From Coniocarpon cinnabarinum (Eukaryota), in NCBI GenBank assembly GCA_051942205.1, contig JAVECO010000117.1, forward strand, positions 1 through 64,000: a DNA stretch of 64,000 nucleotides, read 5' to 3'. The notes below the pieces were generated by a model. The model made no database searches. It worked only from the letters and a program-made list of their open reading frames with translations, and was not told where the DNA came from. Both the position numbers and the translations under genes were made by a program. Positions 14,030 to 27,244 of this stretch are shown in pieces. How positions within the stretch are numbered: the first letter of the stretch is position 1; each line of letters begins with the position of its first letter.

Positions 14030-17000
14030 ATGATGCATCGCATGGGTCCACCTGGCCGAAAGGTGGGCACCAAGCCACCACACCGTCCTGTTCCCTCACG
14101 CGCGCAAACAGCTACTCCCACACTAAATGGCCGCGTATCTCCAGCGGAGTCATTGACATCGAATGGCCTCATTTCGAGGTCGAGGTCTCCCACTGTTTCT
14201 CCGCGCAGTGGACTTAAGAGGAAAGAGAGGGATTTCGATCACGACACGGTGGCGCATGAAACGAATATCAATGTTGTCGTCCGCTGTCGAGGCCGAAGCG
14301 ATCGAGAAGTCAAGGAGAACAGTGGTGTCGTGGTTTCCACCGATGGCGTCAAAGGCAACGCGGTGGAGCTTTCCATGGGCGCGAGTGCCCTAAGTAACAA
14401 GACGTACAACTTCGATCGCGTATTTTCGCCTGCCGCAGATCAGGGTATGGTGTTTGAAGAGGTTGTGAAACCAATTTTGGATCAAGTAAGCGACGCGCAT
14501 GACATTGTAAACTCTAAAAGGCTGACAAATAAAGGTGGTGTCTGGATTCAATTGCACGATCTTCGCATACGGACAGACGGGGACGGGCAAAACATACACC
14601 ATGTCCGGAGACATCACCGACTTACTCCCACTGCCTGACGAAGCGGGCATCATACCCCGCGTTCTTCACGCGCTTTTCCAGAAACTGGAGGACGAGTCTG
14701 AGAGCACCGTGAAATGCTCCTTCATAGAGTTGTACAACGAAGAGCTCAAAGATCTCCTGGCTCCCGACGATGCTGTGAAACTGAAGCTTTTCGATGATGC
14801 GAATCGCAAGAGCCATGGCGCTACACTAGTACAAGGCATGGAGGAGACGCACATCAAATCGGCTTCGAAAGGCTTAGAATTGCTGCGTATTGGAAGTCAC
14901 AAGCGTCAGGTCGCAGCCACGAAATGCAATGACCTAAGTTCACGGAGTCACACTGTTTTCACCATCACTACCTACATCAAGCGCACCTCCGAAAATGGCG
15001 AGGAAGTCGTCACGTCTGGCAAGCTCAATTTGGTCGATCTGGCAGGCAGCGAAAACATACAAAGGAGTGGTGCAGAGAACAAGCGAGCTGCAGAAGCCGG
15101 GCTCATCAACAAGAGCTTGCTGACGCTCGGGCGGGTCATCAACGCTCTGGTTGACAAGAACTCGCACATACCGTACCGAGAATCCAAGTTGACTCGACTG
15201 CTACAAGATTCGCTTGGAGGGCGTACGAAAACGTGTATCATTGCTACTTTGTCACCCGCCAAGAGTAACCTAGAAGAAACTATTTCTACACTGGACTACG
15301 CTTTCAGGGCGAAAAACATTCGCAACAAACCTCAAGCCAATCAGCTACTCCCCAAGAAGACCCTTTTGAGGGAATTCACCTTAGAGATCGAAAAGCTCAA
15401 AGCCGAGCTCATTGCAACGCGCCAGCGCAACGGTGTATACCTCACAGCCGGGACGTATGAGGAGATGACAACAGAGAGTGAATCGCGGCGTATTCTTTCT
15501 GAGGAGCAACGTGACAAGATTGAGACAATGGAGGCGAACTTGAGAAACAAAGCTCAGGAGCTGTTCACACTGACAAGCAATCTCAACCTGCTGAAAAAGG
15601 ACCATGAAACAACTCGCTCCGCTCTCGAGGGCACGCAAAGTACACTAGAGAAGACAGAAATAGTTCTTAATCATACGAGGCAAAGCCTGGCGGAAGAGGA
15701 GATGCTTCGACAAGCACATGCTGCGTCCGAAGATCAATTGGCGAGTTTGGGCAAAGATCTCATATCTACTTTAGGAAAGACAACAACCGATATTGAAGAG
15801 TTGCGAGCGAAGCATAAAAGACGCTCGGATCTTCAAGTGCTCAATCGAACGAATTGGACTGCCTCACGAGACAGGGTCGCAGGTGTGGCTACTGGCGTCG
15901 AAGGCAAGGTGCAATACGTGCAAGAACATCACAGCCAGCTCTTATCCCTCCTTTCGCAGAGACTCAATCAATTCGTTAAAGACGAGCTCACCAAATTAGA
16001 TGAGTCAAAAGGCTTTCTCCATGAAAAAGGCGCGGCCTTTGAGAAAGCTGAAGGCGAAGTGAACGATCAAACGCTGAAAGCTCGAGACCAAATGAACGGT
16101 GTGCTTGAAGGTATTAAGACCCTGCGTGGAGATCTCAAACATCACGTGGGCGAGGGATTGGAGGGTTTATCCGCTGCCGCAAAGCGTATTTCCGGCGGCG
16201 TTATTGTAGAGCTCGAAGGATTTCACACTCAGGTGAGTTCAAGATCTTGTCGCGTGGCGCTGCTTTTGCTTACCAGGACCCAGCTCCATCAATCATACAG
16301 TGCTTTAGGCAAAGATTTGAAGAGCACGTTTGACGACCTGCTACAGAATCTCAGTGCTCAGCAAACAGAAGCTATCAAGCTCCGACAGCAATTATCGGCA
16401 GCGGGTGCAGCATTGGTGAAAGCCAACGAGGAGCATGACACCAGAATGCAATCGGCAATCGACGAAGAGAAGGCACAGGCTGCGGATGATCGCCAAGATC
16501 TACTAGCACAAGTCACATCTCTCATACAAGGGCATGGCAACAAGCAAGATGCACGCTTTGATGCTCTCATTAGAAGTCAACAGCAGCATATGGCATCGTC
16601 AAATGAAGCTTTCGTTGCCGAACGAGAAAGACACGACCAAGCAATGGACGAATGGATGTCCAAGGAGACGCAGATTCGTGACGGCCTTCAAAATTCTCGA
16701 GAACTTGTCAAGCAGCGGATCAAGAGCGATTGGGCAAACGCAAACGACAACACTACCAAGATTTCGGAAACAACTCGATCGGTCCATGAAGAGACCATCA
16801 GGATCGTTGACGCTCAGATGGCTAATATGGATGAGCAACTGTCAGCGTTGGATGAGATCGTGTCTCGGGTGCGGTCTCAGAACAGCAGCCATCACGATGC
16901 TCATGTGCAGTCCCTCGCACGGCTAGGCAGCACTGTCAAACAGTCCTACACGAGCATCGTTGACCACATGAATGAATCCGCGGACCGGACTCAGGCGTTC

Positions 17001-17711
17001 TCCGAGGACGTTTCTACACACGCGATCAATCTTGATGTTGCGGTCAAGACTCTCGATGCAGATGTGCGGCAACCGGTGTCTGACCTTAAAGCTGAAATTG
17101 AGGCAACAGCCTTGACCGAGTACGCGCCAACGGGCGTCACACCACAAAAGGCTTCTTACGACTATCCAACCTCATTGCCCCGAACTCAAACGCACGAGAA
17201 ACTACTTGCACAATTTAGAGGTCAGCCGCTGCCTGAATCACCTCGCAAATCGCCTAGAAAGCGAGTGCCACTGGACGTGCCGGACCTTGGAGATGCAGAA
17301 GATCTTACGATACCACCTCCAATATCGCCTAGCAAGGTCGAGATATTTGCTGACGCGACAGAGCCTTTGCCGGTCCTTGCACCCATCTCGCAGACAACTT
17401 CATCCGATGACGTGCTCAGATCTGAAAGCAGCACGAGCAGCAATATAGAACGCACACTTAGGGAGGCGGACAAGAACGTTGCTGGCGTGGAAGCCAACAT
17501 CACCTTGTCGAGGTCGTCACGCAAGGACAATGCAAAAGGACCACCCGGCTTGAAGCGAGCGAACACTGGAGATAAGATGTTCAGTCAGTCAGTGGGACCA
17601 GGGTCTAAACCACCGAAGAAGGCGATGGCAGCGGTTGCGGAAGGGCGAGAGAACCAGCCGCTGGCAGCGAGCGTGGGCGCTGGACGCGTGCTGAGAGCAC
17701 GACGATCGTGA
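14030..17711 (+). CDS. bimC: Kinesin-5 (BimC/Eg5 family); introns 14486-14534 and 16233-16283
   Basis: NINVVVRCR, FAYGQTGTGKT (P-loop), SSRSH, LVDLAGSE, HIPYRESKLTRLLQDSLGG, long coiled coil, BimC box PTGVTPQK. Confidence 0.96.
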
Positions 17712-17847
17712 TTTGATACCCTTGTCGTTTGGTTGCTTTGTTGTCAAGAGCATCTCTCAGATTATTGCTGCGGGTCACGTGAGCAAGCCCTCTAATGTGA
17801 AACTCGCTTTCTCTCACAGCGATAAAAATCGCAGCGCTCAAGGGCCT

Positions 17848-18001
17848 CAAGGGCTTTGTAGGGTAGGTAGTCATTGCCGCACTATTATTCAATGTCTTTT
17901 TACTAACAATGACCTTTCGCCGTTGTACTCGTAGGTTTGTGACCTGAATTGTGCTTATTGTACAGGCTCCTCGCCTAGGGTGAGATCTGGCACCGACTTT
18001 T
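17848..18001 (+). repeat. Copy of ~166-bp element (right end truncated)
   Basis: Close match to 21290-21455 (TAGTCATTGCCGCACTATTATTCA…GACCTTTCGCCGTTG…TACAGGCTCCTCGCCTAGGGTGAGATC). Confidence 0.9.
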
Positions 18002-18506
18002 CGAGAGGTGCATCACGGACATTGCCACACACATCGATTGATCCTTGCACTGCGCTTGTTGTATCGACAGTCCGAAGCCGTCAACCTGGATGTCCGAGAT
18101 GAGAATATAGATGCAAAGGCCGTTCGATGCCTGCCAGCGCTCGGAACGGCAATACAAATCCCGTTTCGGTGTTCGAATTTCCTTGTTGAGTCGAGTGCAT
18201 CATGCAAGTCACCGACAACCAATCCCCGACCTGCTTCGACGTGCTTTTCTCATCGCAACGATCAGCTGCCACCAGAATCCCTGCCTGCGAGTACACAGCA
18301 CCAGCGCTCTCGCCACGCCACCCACTGTGCACGATGTACCTCGGGGTAGAGTAGGACATGACGTACCAACTTTTACTTGCTGTTGTTGGCTGCCTATCAG
18401 TGCTGTCTACGGCCTGTCCATCGCAAGAGCTCAAGCTGTCTACGTTGCGTTTCAGAGGTACTCCAAATAAGGTGCGCCTTCCTTGACTCGGCCTGACAGA
18501 ACACCG

Positions 18507-20584
18507 ATGTCAAGGAGAGGAGCTTTGAAGCTTTTAACCCGCGCTCGACCTTTGCAATCCTCTGTTGCGACCACCTCATCTCAAAAGAGGCTATACGCCA
18601 CGGTGCAGGACGACTGCATCATGTCTGCATCTACTGTCGACGTCAAGACGGACTGGCGCCCCGTCACGGCAGCAGCGCAACCGTTCAAGCAGAACTCTGC
18701 CAACGAGGTCTCCAAGCTGCTTACTAAAAATCATAAAGCCTTTCACATCTTCTTTAATGAGTCTATTGGCATGCACGTACGTCTAATATCCCTGTTTGTG
18801 TGCCGTATACTTTATAATGCAGACAATGCTCGCGCTGATGTCGCATGAACCCTGCCGCCAGCGTCATCTCCATCACTTTTCCATTGCTCGCTTATCCCAC
18901 TGACCCATCACGCCAGAACCACATACCACATCACGTGCTCTCCATCTACGGTCTCGGCGCGACACCATCTCAACTACAGAGAGCATACAATGAGAACGCA
19001 GGGTATCAGCTTCCTCAGAAACCTACTTCCGTCAAGCAGCCATCAAAGGACCTCAGTGATGCCAAAACCTTTCAAGCGCACCTGGGCACGAACAGGATGT
19101 ACTCGGACTTTCTCCGCTTCTTCGAATCGCACATTGACACTCACGGCTGGGTCAAGACATGCGAGACCTACCTCTTCTCAGGCTCTGAGATTGCCGAGGG
19201 GATGCTCACTCGACTAGGCGCAGGCGTTCTTCACCCGTGGATTCATCTTGGCTTTGGTATCGAATTCGGATTGCCCGCCATCGTCGCAGAGGGATTGGCA
19301 ACGAGCGCATGTCATACTGATCATTTCGGTAACTACCTTCGTGAAGCCGCTCGAATTCAGAGGACTCGACAACAGGAAGGTAAGACCGAAAGCCTCGGAC
19401 TGGCTGATCTCTACGAGGAGATTCGAAAGAACGAGAAGATCATGAGTTCTCGAAGCGGAGTGCTCTCGAGAGCATCTGAAGAGCTGGCTGCTATTGCTGG
19501 CAAGTACCACGTCAAGGAGGAAGAAGTCGAAGCGAGGATGAAAGAGTTGGTGAATGTCGATGGTAAGAAGCCATTTACTGCTGCAGGCCGTGACGACTTG
19601 AGACTTTGGTATTTTGTCCATGACCGTCACGGCGCCTAGGCCTTCCCGCATTGATTCTGCTCTATTCTGTATCTCAGACGCTGTGCACTCAACTCATTCT
19701 CATCGATGTCGCCAAACTAACATGACATCCAGCCTTCCCCCCTGCTGCAGGCCGTGACGACTTGAGACTTTGGTATTTTGTCCATGACCGTCACGGCGCC
19801 TAGGCCTTCCCGCATTGATTCTGCTCTATTCTGTATCTCAGACGCTGTGCACTCAAGTCATTCTCATTGATGTCGCCAAGCTAACATGACATCCAGCCTT
19901 CCTCACCGCATCAATGCAAAACCCACCACACCTCCCTAAACTCGACTTCTTCAACATCCACAGCCACAACGCCACCATCTTCCATGCCGCTGCCTTGCGC
20001 CACTTCAAAGCCGCGGACGTTGCCCGTCTTCTCGAAATGCAGGCGCGCGTCGACATGGCCAGCTTCGTTGGCTACGGCATGTCGCAGACACCCAAGGAAC
20101 ATCTCGACTGGATGTTGTCGTTTGCGCCGCAATCATATGCAGACAAGAGCTGGGAACAGCTCTACGAAATGGTAAGTGGGCAGGTCTTTTCTGTCATCAC
20201 GCATGTCCATGTGCTTTGCACTCATGGCGGAAGTCTTTTCTTGTTACTCGCTGCGATCCCTTGATCAACCATGGAGCTTTTGCCTAATGAAAACAGGCCA
20301 ACGCCCAACCCGACGATGGCCACGTCTCTAAAGCGCTGAGAGCATTGTCCCACGCCGATACAATAGCAGAGACGCAACATCTCTTCCCCGAGCCGATTCC
20401 AAAAACTCAAATCCTGCCACTCGCCCGCGTCATGATGAAGTCGGTAGCACGGGAGTCGTCAGGTGTGAGCGCGGGCCCGATGTGGGTGAGGAATGCGGGC
20501 AGTCCGGGAGCGTGGGGCGGTGTGCCGATTTATAAGAAGGGGAAGGAGGCTGGGCTTTGGGAGAGGATCAGAGGACGGGTGTGA
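18507..20584 (+). CDS. Questin-oxidase / AflY(HypA)-like oxidoreductase; introns 18777-18916, 19563-19896, 20172-20296
   Basis: FHIFFN…MH|NHIPHHVLSIYGLGA, LHPWIHLGFGIEF…AEGLA, KLDFFNIHSHNA, DDGHVSKALRAL; the splice junctions keep the frame. Confidence 0.8.
19578..19902 (+). repeat. Near-perfect tandem duplication (period 164 bp) of the 3' part of intron 2
   Basis: 19578-19738 and 19742-19902 differ at only about 3 positions; each carries a CTAAC branch point and a CCAG acceptor. Confidence 0.95.
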
Positions 20585-21289
20585 GTTTGTCTGAGAGTGA
20601 AGTTGAAAGTGTGGTGTGAGTGCGCTGTGAAAGGGGGTGGAGAAGTCGAACAGGTGAATGGGACTGAGAGGTGGAGGGGTTTACGAAATTGCATGGTTGG
20701 TCCTTGAAGGCTTTGTAAACGTTTGGTATTCAGATTCGAAATTGGTTCCAGACTTTGTATATTCAATTTCTATTTTCTAATCTCGAGAGTGTCCGAGTCC
20801 CCGTCTCAATCTAGTTCAGATGAGCACTCAGTGCGGTCCGTCGCCCTCCGGAGCTCAGACATCTCCGCAGCATCAGGTTACAGCAGATAAAACCTTGTTG
20901 GTCCATGCTAATAGAAATGCCTTCCGCGCGCTCTAGCCATAGAGAACACAAATCTACCATCTGTCACTGGGATGAAGTGAGCCCGCTTCCGTAAGGCATA
21001 AAGGATTCAGCCCCTGGTTTCAGATACTGAGACGGATTCAGTATAGAGCACATGCGGATCCCAAGGCTGTTTCCTAAGATCAACCGAGCGCTTCTTCATC
21101 ATACTTGTCAGATAGGGCAATGCACGGATCGCCAATGCTATCCTCAAACAAACATGCCGACATCCAGCCTTCCGGCCTGCCACGAGGCCTTTGGCGGTAT
21201 AGCCCAGAGGATTTGTGCTAGGAGATTACGGAGGCTAACGAACAAGGCAGAATCCATTCTGCTTCTTGCACTGTACGGCACGGGTCGGT

Positions 21290-21455
21290 GCAAGGGCTTC
21301 GTAGGGTAGTCATTCCCGCACTATTATTCAGTGTCTTTTTGCTAACAATAACCTTTCGCTATTGCACTTATAGGTTCGTAACCTGAATTATGCTTATCGT
21401 ACAGGCTCCTCGTCTAGGGTGAGATCCAGCAACGACTTTTGTTCCGGGCCCTTGC
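21290..21455 (+). repeat. Full-length copy of ~166-bp element
   Basis: GCAAGGGC…GCCCTTGC ends; internal match to the 10053 and 17848 copies. Confidence 0.9.
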
Positions 21456-22518
21456 CGCTATCGGAACGCACGCCTAACATTTGCCACCATCCTTCCATTC
21501 TCGTCACTACCCTTAGGACGCACGGATATTTATTAATCCGCCGGAACGTCCTTTAGAAAGGAAGGGGAAAATAATCATGACGGTGCGGATCAATACTTAT
21601 TTGTCTTCAAAGACGATCTGCATATAAAGGCACCGTCTCGGTGATTGCATTTGTCGGCACAGAACGGTATCTCTTGAAATGGGGTCGATAGATCCCCTCA
21701 ACGCTGCTCCCGTCGCCGCCACCTGTACGGGAACACCATAGTAACGCGCAGCAGCCGCGCACACGAAGACCACTTGCGCGCGGGTTTGTCTTCCCGCAGT
21801 GGCAGACTCACACGTCTCACAAGTCCTCTCTCGTGTTTAATTCGCTTCATCACATCACGTGTCATGCCAGCGTCACTCCTGACCATTGTTGTTAGGCACG
21901 ACCATTAAGCACTTTCTTCGGCTGACCTACGACGGAATCCCTCATACAATGCACTTGCAAGTGGCACGAAAGTCTACCGTAGTCTGTTAATATATGATTC
22001 CAGCTAGACACTCTCACCAATCTAGCCAGCCGAAAGTGTATTTACCTATCTACTCACACAACCGCAAGCGCGAGGGTTTCCACGTTCTCTTGACAGCTGT
22101 CAAGATGTACGGAGGCCAACGTACGCGACGGGCATTTCAACGTGCGAGAAGTTGATGGCTCTGGCTCATGCAAGCCCTCCGTTCCGCCATCAGTCGCATC
22201 CCGTTCCGCGCCATCCGGTGGGATTCCTCCTTCATCCGACCATCTCCTTGTAGCTCCAGGCCTAGTAATAGACCGAGAGCAGACGATAGACACGTTATAA
22301 ATATTTCCATGGTCCCTGCAAGGCGTCTAAAGACCCACTTGTCGACAGCCCGTCGACTTGGGCCTTGAAAACACATATTGAGAGCCCCTCTGCACCATTT
22401 TCAAGCGAGCAGGCGACCGTCTCCTTCGTTTCCGGTACGCGTCACTGCTCGTACTTACGGACTTGACTTCCTCCCCAAATCCTCTATACGCGCGGTGACG
22501 ACCGGCCCTCAATCGACC

Positions 22519-23115
22519 ATGAGAATTTCCCTCCTTTCCCTCCTCCTCCCCCTTGCCGCCGCAACTGCCACTGTGGCACCGCCTGTCGCGCCTCCCCCGC
22601 CTCCCGCTTCCTCAGGCGACGCCATGACCTCTCTCCTCACGGGTCTTGAAGGTCTGACGTATACGTTCTACTTCTGGCCCCACGACGGACCAGCCATCTG
22701 CCAAGATTCCAGCAGCGAGCAGAAAGCTGTCATGGCTCTCGGGCAGCGCACTAAGCTCAACGGAGGATGCGGTTGGTACGAGTAAGTCCTGTCCTCGTCT
22801 GAAGTCCTTCAAAAGGGAAATTGAGCGACTTTCTGCCCCACTCGGTGTTGTGCAGCGCCGAAGATGGGATAGGCCCGAGAATGTCCTTCGCGAAGAGTCG
22901 CAGACGTCCACCATCTGACATCGACTAGCTATCGTCACGAATGTAGCCCCTCCTGGGCGTGCGGCGCGAATTACCCCGTTCCGAGGTTGCAGGCATATTC
23001 CGATGCTGGGTGTACGCAGGTGTACGGGGAGCCTTTGGAATGGTGGGCAAATCCTGGGGCCCTATGTACTAGGATGGACGCCGCTATACAGTGCGTGGCG
23101 CCTATTGTACCATGA
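22519..23115 (+). CDS. Small secreted cysteine-rich protein (~143 aa; predicted intron 22782-22946)
   Basis: Signal-peptide-like MRISLLSLLLPLAAATA, Pro-rich linker; a GTAAGT…CTGAC…TGTAG intron gives in-frame exon 2 DPSWACGANY…GCTQ…LCTR…IQCVAPIVP*; 6 Cys in total. Confidence 0.7.
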
Positions 23116-23574
23116 GCGGGGAAAGTTCATTCGACTGCGGCGGATGGGCATCATAGAAAGCAAGGCTGAATGAACGGAGAACTCGACGTACCTTTTTTTT
23201 TTCTATATCACTCTCGGCGGATTGCAGACACACCATCTTACTGTCAGATCTTCCATCACTGTACGCTGCCAGCAATGTGAATATGAATGTGCAAGATGTC
23301 CAGGAACTCACCGACGACCTTTGCCCACCGACCCTGCTATTTACGCCTCTCTGCCCCGTGCTGCCTTACGTGCTCACCACAAGCCGATGGGAGGTCATCG
23401 GGGCTTTCCAAGACAACCACGAGCGATCGCGGTCGTCGGGTATCTGACAGTCTTCCGCGTGCAAACGCCGTCTATAGTTTGTCGGCGGGAACAGCCTGCG
23501 ACAGAGAGCGGTCGATCACGGTCTTGCTGCTCGTCAGTATGCAGAGAGCATTCGCGACGGATGAGAAGTGCCGT

Positions 23575-23975
23575 CAGTATTCTTAGTGAAGCAGTCGATA
23601 TAGGTTAGTTATGAGTATCAATTGATAATAGCGATATAGTATCGCCTTTTCTAGTCACGATAAATACCAAAATACGATTGTAGATTGAGTATAATAATAA
23701 TGATTACCGCTTACTGATTATAGTATATAGATTACTCAATGTAGTAGCGGTTAGACTTGGGAATTGGTTAGAAATTAAGATGGCGATACTCTGTGTCTTA
23801 GCGCTACATAGCAGCACGTAGGGGCCTCTAATTGTCAGTACACTAGTATGCATTTTCCTTAGTAAGTATAACATGAGTATAACCTTATATGAGTATGATA
23901 TTAGTAAGGGAAATATCGCTTTAGTAAGGGAAATATCGCTTTAGTAAGGGAAATATCGCTTCACTAAGAACACTG
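23575..23975. mobile_element. Non-autonomous hAT-type DNA transposon (MITE), 401 bp
   Basis: 18-bp TIR CAGT(A/G)TTCTTAGTGAAGC; 8-bp TSD AGTGCCGT at 23567-23574 and 23976-23983; three subterminal 20-bp repeats TTAGTAAGGGAAATATCGCT (23901-23960); AT-rich interior. Confidence 0.9.
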
Positions 23976-24492
23976 AGTGCCGTTTTCCACTAAATTTCAT
24001 CCTATCCATTCAGTATCCATACGAAACAAACACATTTCCGTTCAGAAGCACTCCAGGTACCAGAACATGAATTAATCCGGGCTTCGCCGGAGACGCACGC
24101 TGTGGTTGGCATTGTAGCTATCTCGAGCAGGAAGTAAGAATTGCCTGTCCTCTTATAAAAGGTTACGTAAATACGTTCTAATATATACTAGGTTTCTAAT
24201 ATACCGCTATAGCGTATACGCATTATGCTATACCACGTAAGACATGGAGATTGAGAAGCAAGTACCTTTTACGCGTACAACATACGCTGCATAGGCAATG
24301 CCGAAGCGCTCACGCTCCAACCGCACCATACATGTCGATAAAACAACAACAAGAAACCAGGATGGGAGTGCATTACCTCTACTCAAGTATCAGGAATCGC
24401 GTTACCAAGTCCCTCCCTGACAACGAAACATCACTACCACCTTCAGGACCTCAGTGAACCGCAGTCTAATCATGAATTCCGACCCTCCCACA

Positions 24493-27118
24493 TTATTCCA
24501 GTCTGTCCCTTTCTCTTCTTCTTTTCTCAAGTCGTCGCCTCTTCAACGCCTTTCCGCTCTCCTTACTATCTCGACTTTCCTTCTCCACCCGTCTCACCTG
24601 AAACTTCCCAATCCGTATCCATCCCGGATTCGACAAACCATGATATTGGTGTCTATGACCAGAACGGCATGAGCGATCAGCCGAGAGTGATGAAGAACGC
24701 GAATCCTGTATGTGTTGAGGAGCTGGGCGAAAAGATTCCCCCAGTGGCGGTACGTCAGGTGTCGATGCCTGAATTGCGTGTGGTGTTCTCAATTGAGGTT
24801 GGTAGGACTGCAGACGAGGTGCAGGACAGGGATACCGTGGGTCTTGAAGCAAATTTCGAAGAACGTCAGCGGCGCAGCAGCCATGCTGGTTTCGCTCTAG
24901 ATCTCGAGGCGGTGCGGTCTCTCGCTGTGCGATAGCGCGCTGGCTATACTTTGCGTGCGGGGTTTCGCAAATAGCACGGTCCAAGTTGCTGATTCGACGC
25001 TTCAGAGTACGGATCTCTGCTTTGAGTACAGCAATTTCATCGTGTCCCAGCTCTGCCTGACTTGGTTTGCATTGCGTGTGCGTCACTTCTGGCTCACTAT
25101 CCTCGTGTTCTTCAGCAAGCGTACCGCTGTACGAGAAATTTCTGAAGGCGTCATCCATATTCGCCGTATCCACTGATGAAAGACGTGATGGCGCCTGCGC
25201 AAACGGGGATCGAGAAACCCGCGTCGAGGAGCGTGTCGGAGGCGTGAGCTGGCGTTTTTGATAAATCTCCTGTGCGCGCGTGAGTGGCGGGTATTTGGCA
25301 GCTGTGTACGATGACGAGTCTGCTGCGAGGTCAGCGCGGTTCCCTGCAGTATTCGAGATGGCTGCTTCCGGCTGTGACGCAGATAATATCCGCTCATCGC
25401 TAGCGGCGGAAGGTAGGCGAGTGCCATTTGGCAGTATTCGTCCAATGCTGGGTAATGAAGGCAGGCCCTGCAGCTCAAGTGTTGAATGCCGGAGATCAGC
25501 TATTGGCCCTCTGCCAGCGGGCGATAAATCCGCTGGAGGTGTTGAGAGAGGCGACGGACCCAGCTGTCTACCAAAGCGAAAGCGTTGCAAGAGCCTTGGA
25601 TACTTCGAGGGTGGTCGTTCGGAGGACGAGAAATGGACGGTGCTTGTGGAAGCCGTGCTCGTTTCATCACTTGTGCCGTCTGAAGCTGTGATGGCCTTAT
25701 CCTGGGAATTGGGCCCGTCGAGGTCGACAGAAATAGTCAAAGAGGGGGTTCTTCGAGTCTGAGGTTGTGGCAAAGGTGGCAGAGGTTTCTGACTGCTGTG
25801 AACGGTTATGCCACCGCCAGCTGCATTTTGATACGCCACCAGACCAGCACCGTGCTCAGACGTGTCGTTTGGATCTTTCTGGCTCAAAATGGCTGCCTCG
25901 CCGTCATTGCCTCGCTCAAGCTGGTATTGCTGCGCTGTATCGCTGCAGCCACTCCATCTCAAGTGCTGTGCAGGGTCAATCTCACTCGAAACAGGACACT
26001 TGTATTTGATGACGGTGCCGCGAGAGCCCGCTGAACCCTCATTGTCGAGATACTGCTCGTTCTCGGATGGTGCCGTCGAAAGATCGCGCTTTGGATCCCT
26101 TCGTCGAGCGCGAACCCACTGCACGTCCACGATGAAGTCATCTCCAACATCAAGCCAGCGCACAACATGACCCGTCAATTTGAAAATGCCTATTCTGCCG
26201 TCAGATGTCCCCAGTGCAACACACTCATCGTTGCCTCTGGACCTTGAAAAGACGGCCATAGCAGTCACGGGCAGTGGAATCGACCAGGAGCGCACGACCA
26301 CCGGTCGGCCATCGTGAAACCTAATCACTCGAAAGGTGTGATCATAGCTCAAGACTACGATTCGAAGAGGGATTCCACACAGGAACTCCGCTGCGAACAT
26401 ACCGCCAATCGGCCGCACATTTTTGCTGACGAGAGTGTCAATGAAGATGACCTGTCCATTGGAAGCTGGTTCATGAAAGATTTGCCGTGCATCATGAATA
26501 GATACTGAACCATCTTCAAATGCCAGAAGGAAGACGCTTGGATGTTGAGGATGCAGCGCAGCAGAGACAACATTCGCGCGCGATGGTAAGGGCGTGACAC
26601 GGCGCGTGATGGATGTGGATGATAAGCCTTTCAGAATAACCAGTGGAGGGTCCTCGCAAGCAACAATGAGATGATGTTTGCATACCGCTAGCACTGTCGG
26701 TGAGCGTGGCAATTCGCATACAGGCCTGAACAACTTCCGCGACCGGACGCCGTAGCACCTCACAGCGTTATCCAGACTGGCAGTGAAGTAAAGCTCGTCC
26801 GTGCCTTTGGCAAACTGCAGTAATTGGATGTGGCCTGATCTTCGCGATAGAGCATACTTGTTGTGTTGACGTGCTTTCTCGATATCATGTATGATGACAG
26901 AGTAACCGTCAGCGATAACAAAGACGGCACTTCCGTTCGTAGCTTGTTTTCCAGCGACGATGCTGGCAGTTGCGGATGACAGTATTTCGCTCGTGACATG
27001 ACCGTTCTACTGAAGAACACGATTACGTGTCACAATGTTGAGTATAAGATGCGGTGAGGGTTGTCGCATCGCCAATGAATGACATCTAGCTTCCACTCAC
27101 AGCTTTTCCAGACCTCAT
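24493..27118 (-). CDS. Hypothetical protein with N-terminal WD40-like beta-propeller and disordered/coiled-coil tail; short exon 1 (MRSGKA), intron 27007-27100
   Basis: The 756-aa frame stays open upstream to a CAGTAG acceptor; ATG AGG TCT GGA AAA GCT|GTGAGT lies upstream; WD-like segments LLAFEDGSVSIHD and ALGTSDGRIGIF. Confidence 0.65.
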
Positions 27119-27244
27119 AGATGCTAGGAATAGTAGAAAGCAATGACTAGGACTGCGTGACCTTGCGCGATTCACATTGCAGCCGTATTGCCAAGATCTC
27201 TGTCTGAGGTTGCAGCAGGACGAGGAAGGTGCGAAGGTGGTTGT

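Noticed and set aside
19578..19902. Intronic TPP riboswitch or C/D snoRNA in the duplicated unit
   Set aside because: No sense-strand CTGAGA/TPP core; only a C-box-like GTGACGA with no matching CTGA D box; an Rfam scan would be needed
21125..21289. Possible additional ancient monomer of the 166-bp element upstream of the 21290 copy
   Set aside because: Only a weak ~30-bp resemblance (GCCTTTGGCGGTATAGCCCAGAGGATTTGTG); cannot be supported without a profile search
24160..24240. AT-rich patch bounded by TTACGT…ACGTAA (possible pogo/Fot1 remnant)
   Set aside because: Inverted match is only 6 bp and the patch is ~80 bp; insufficient evidence
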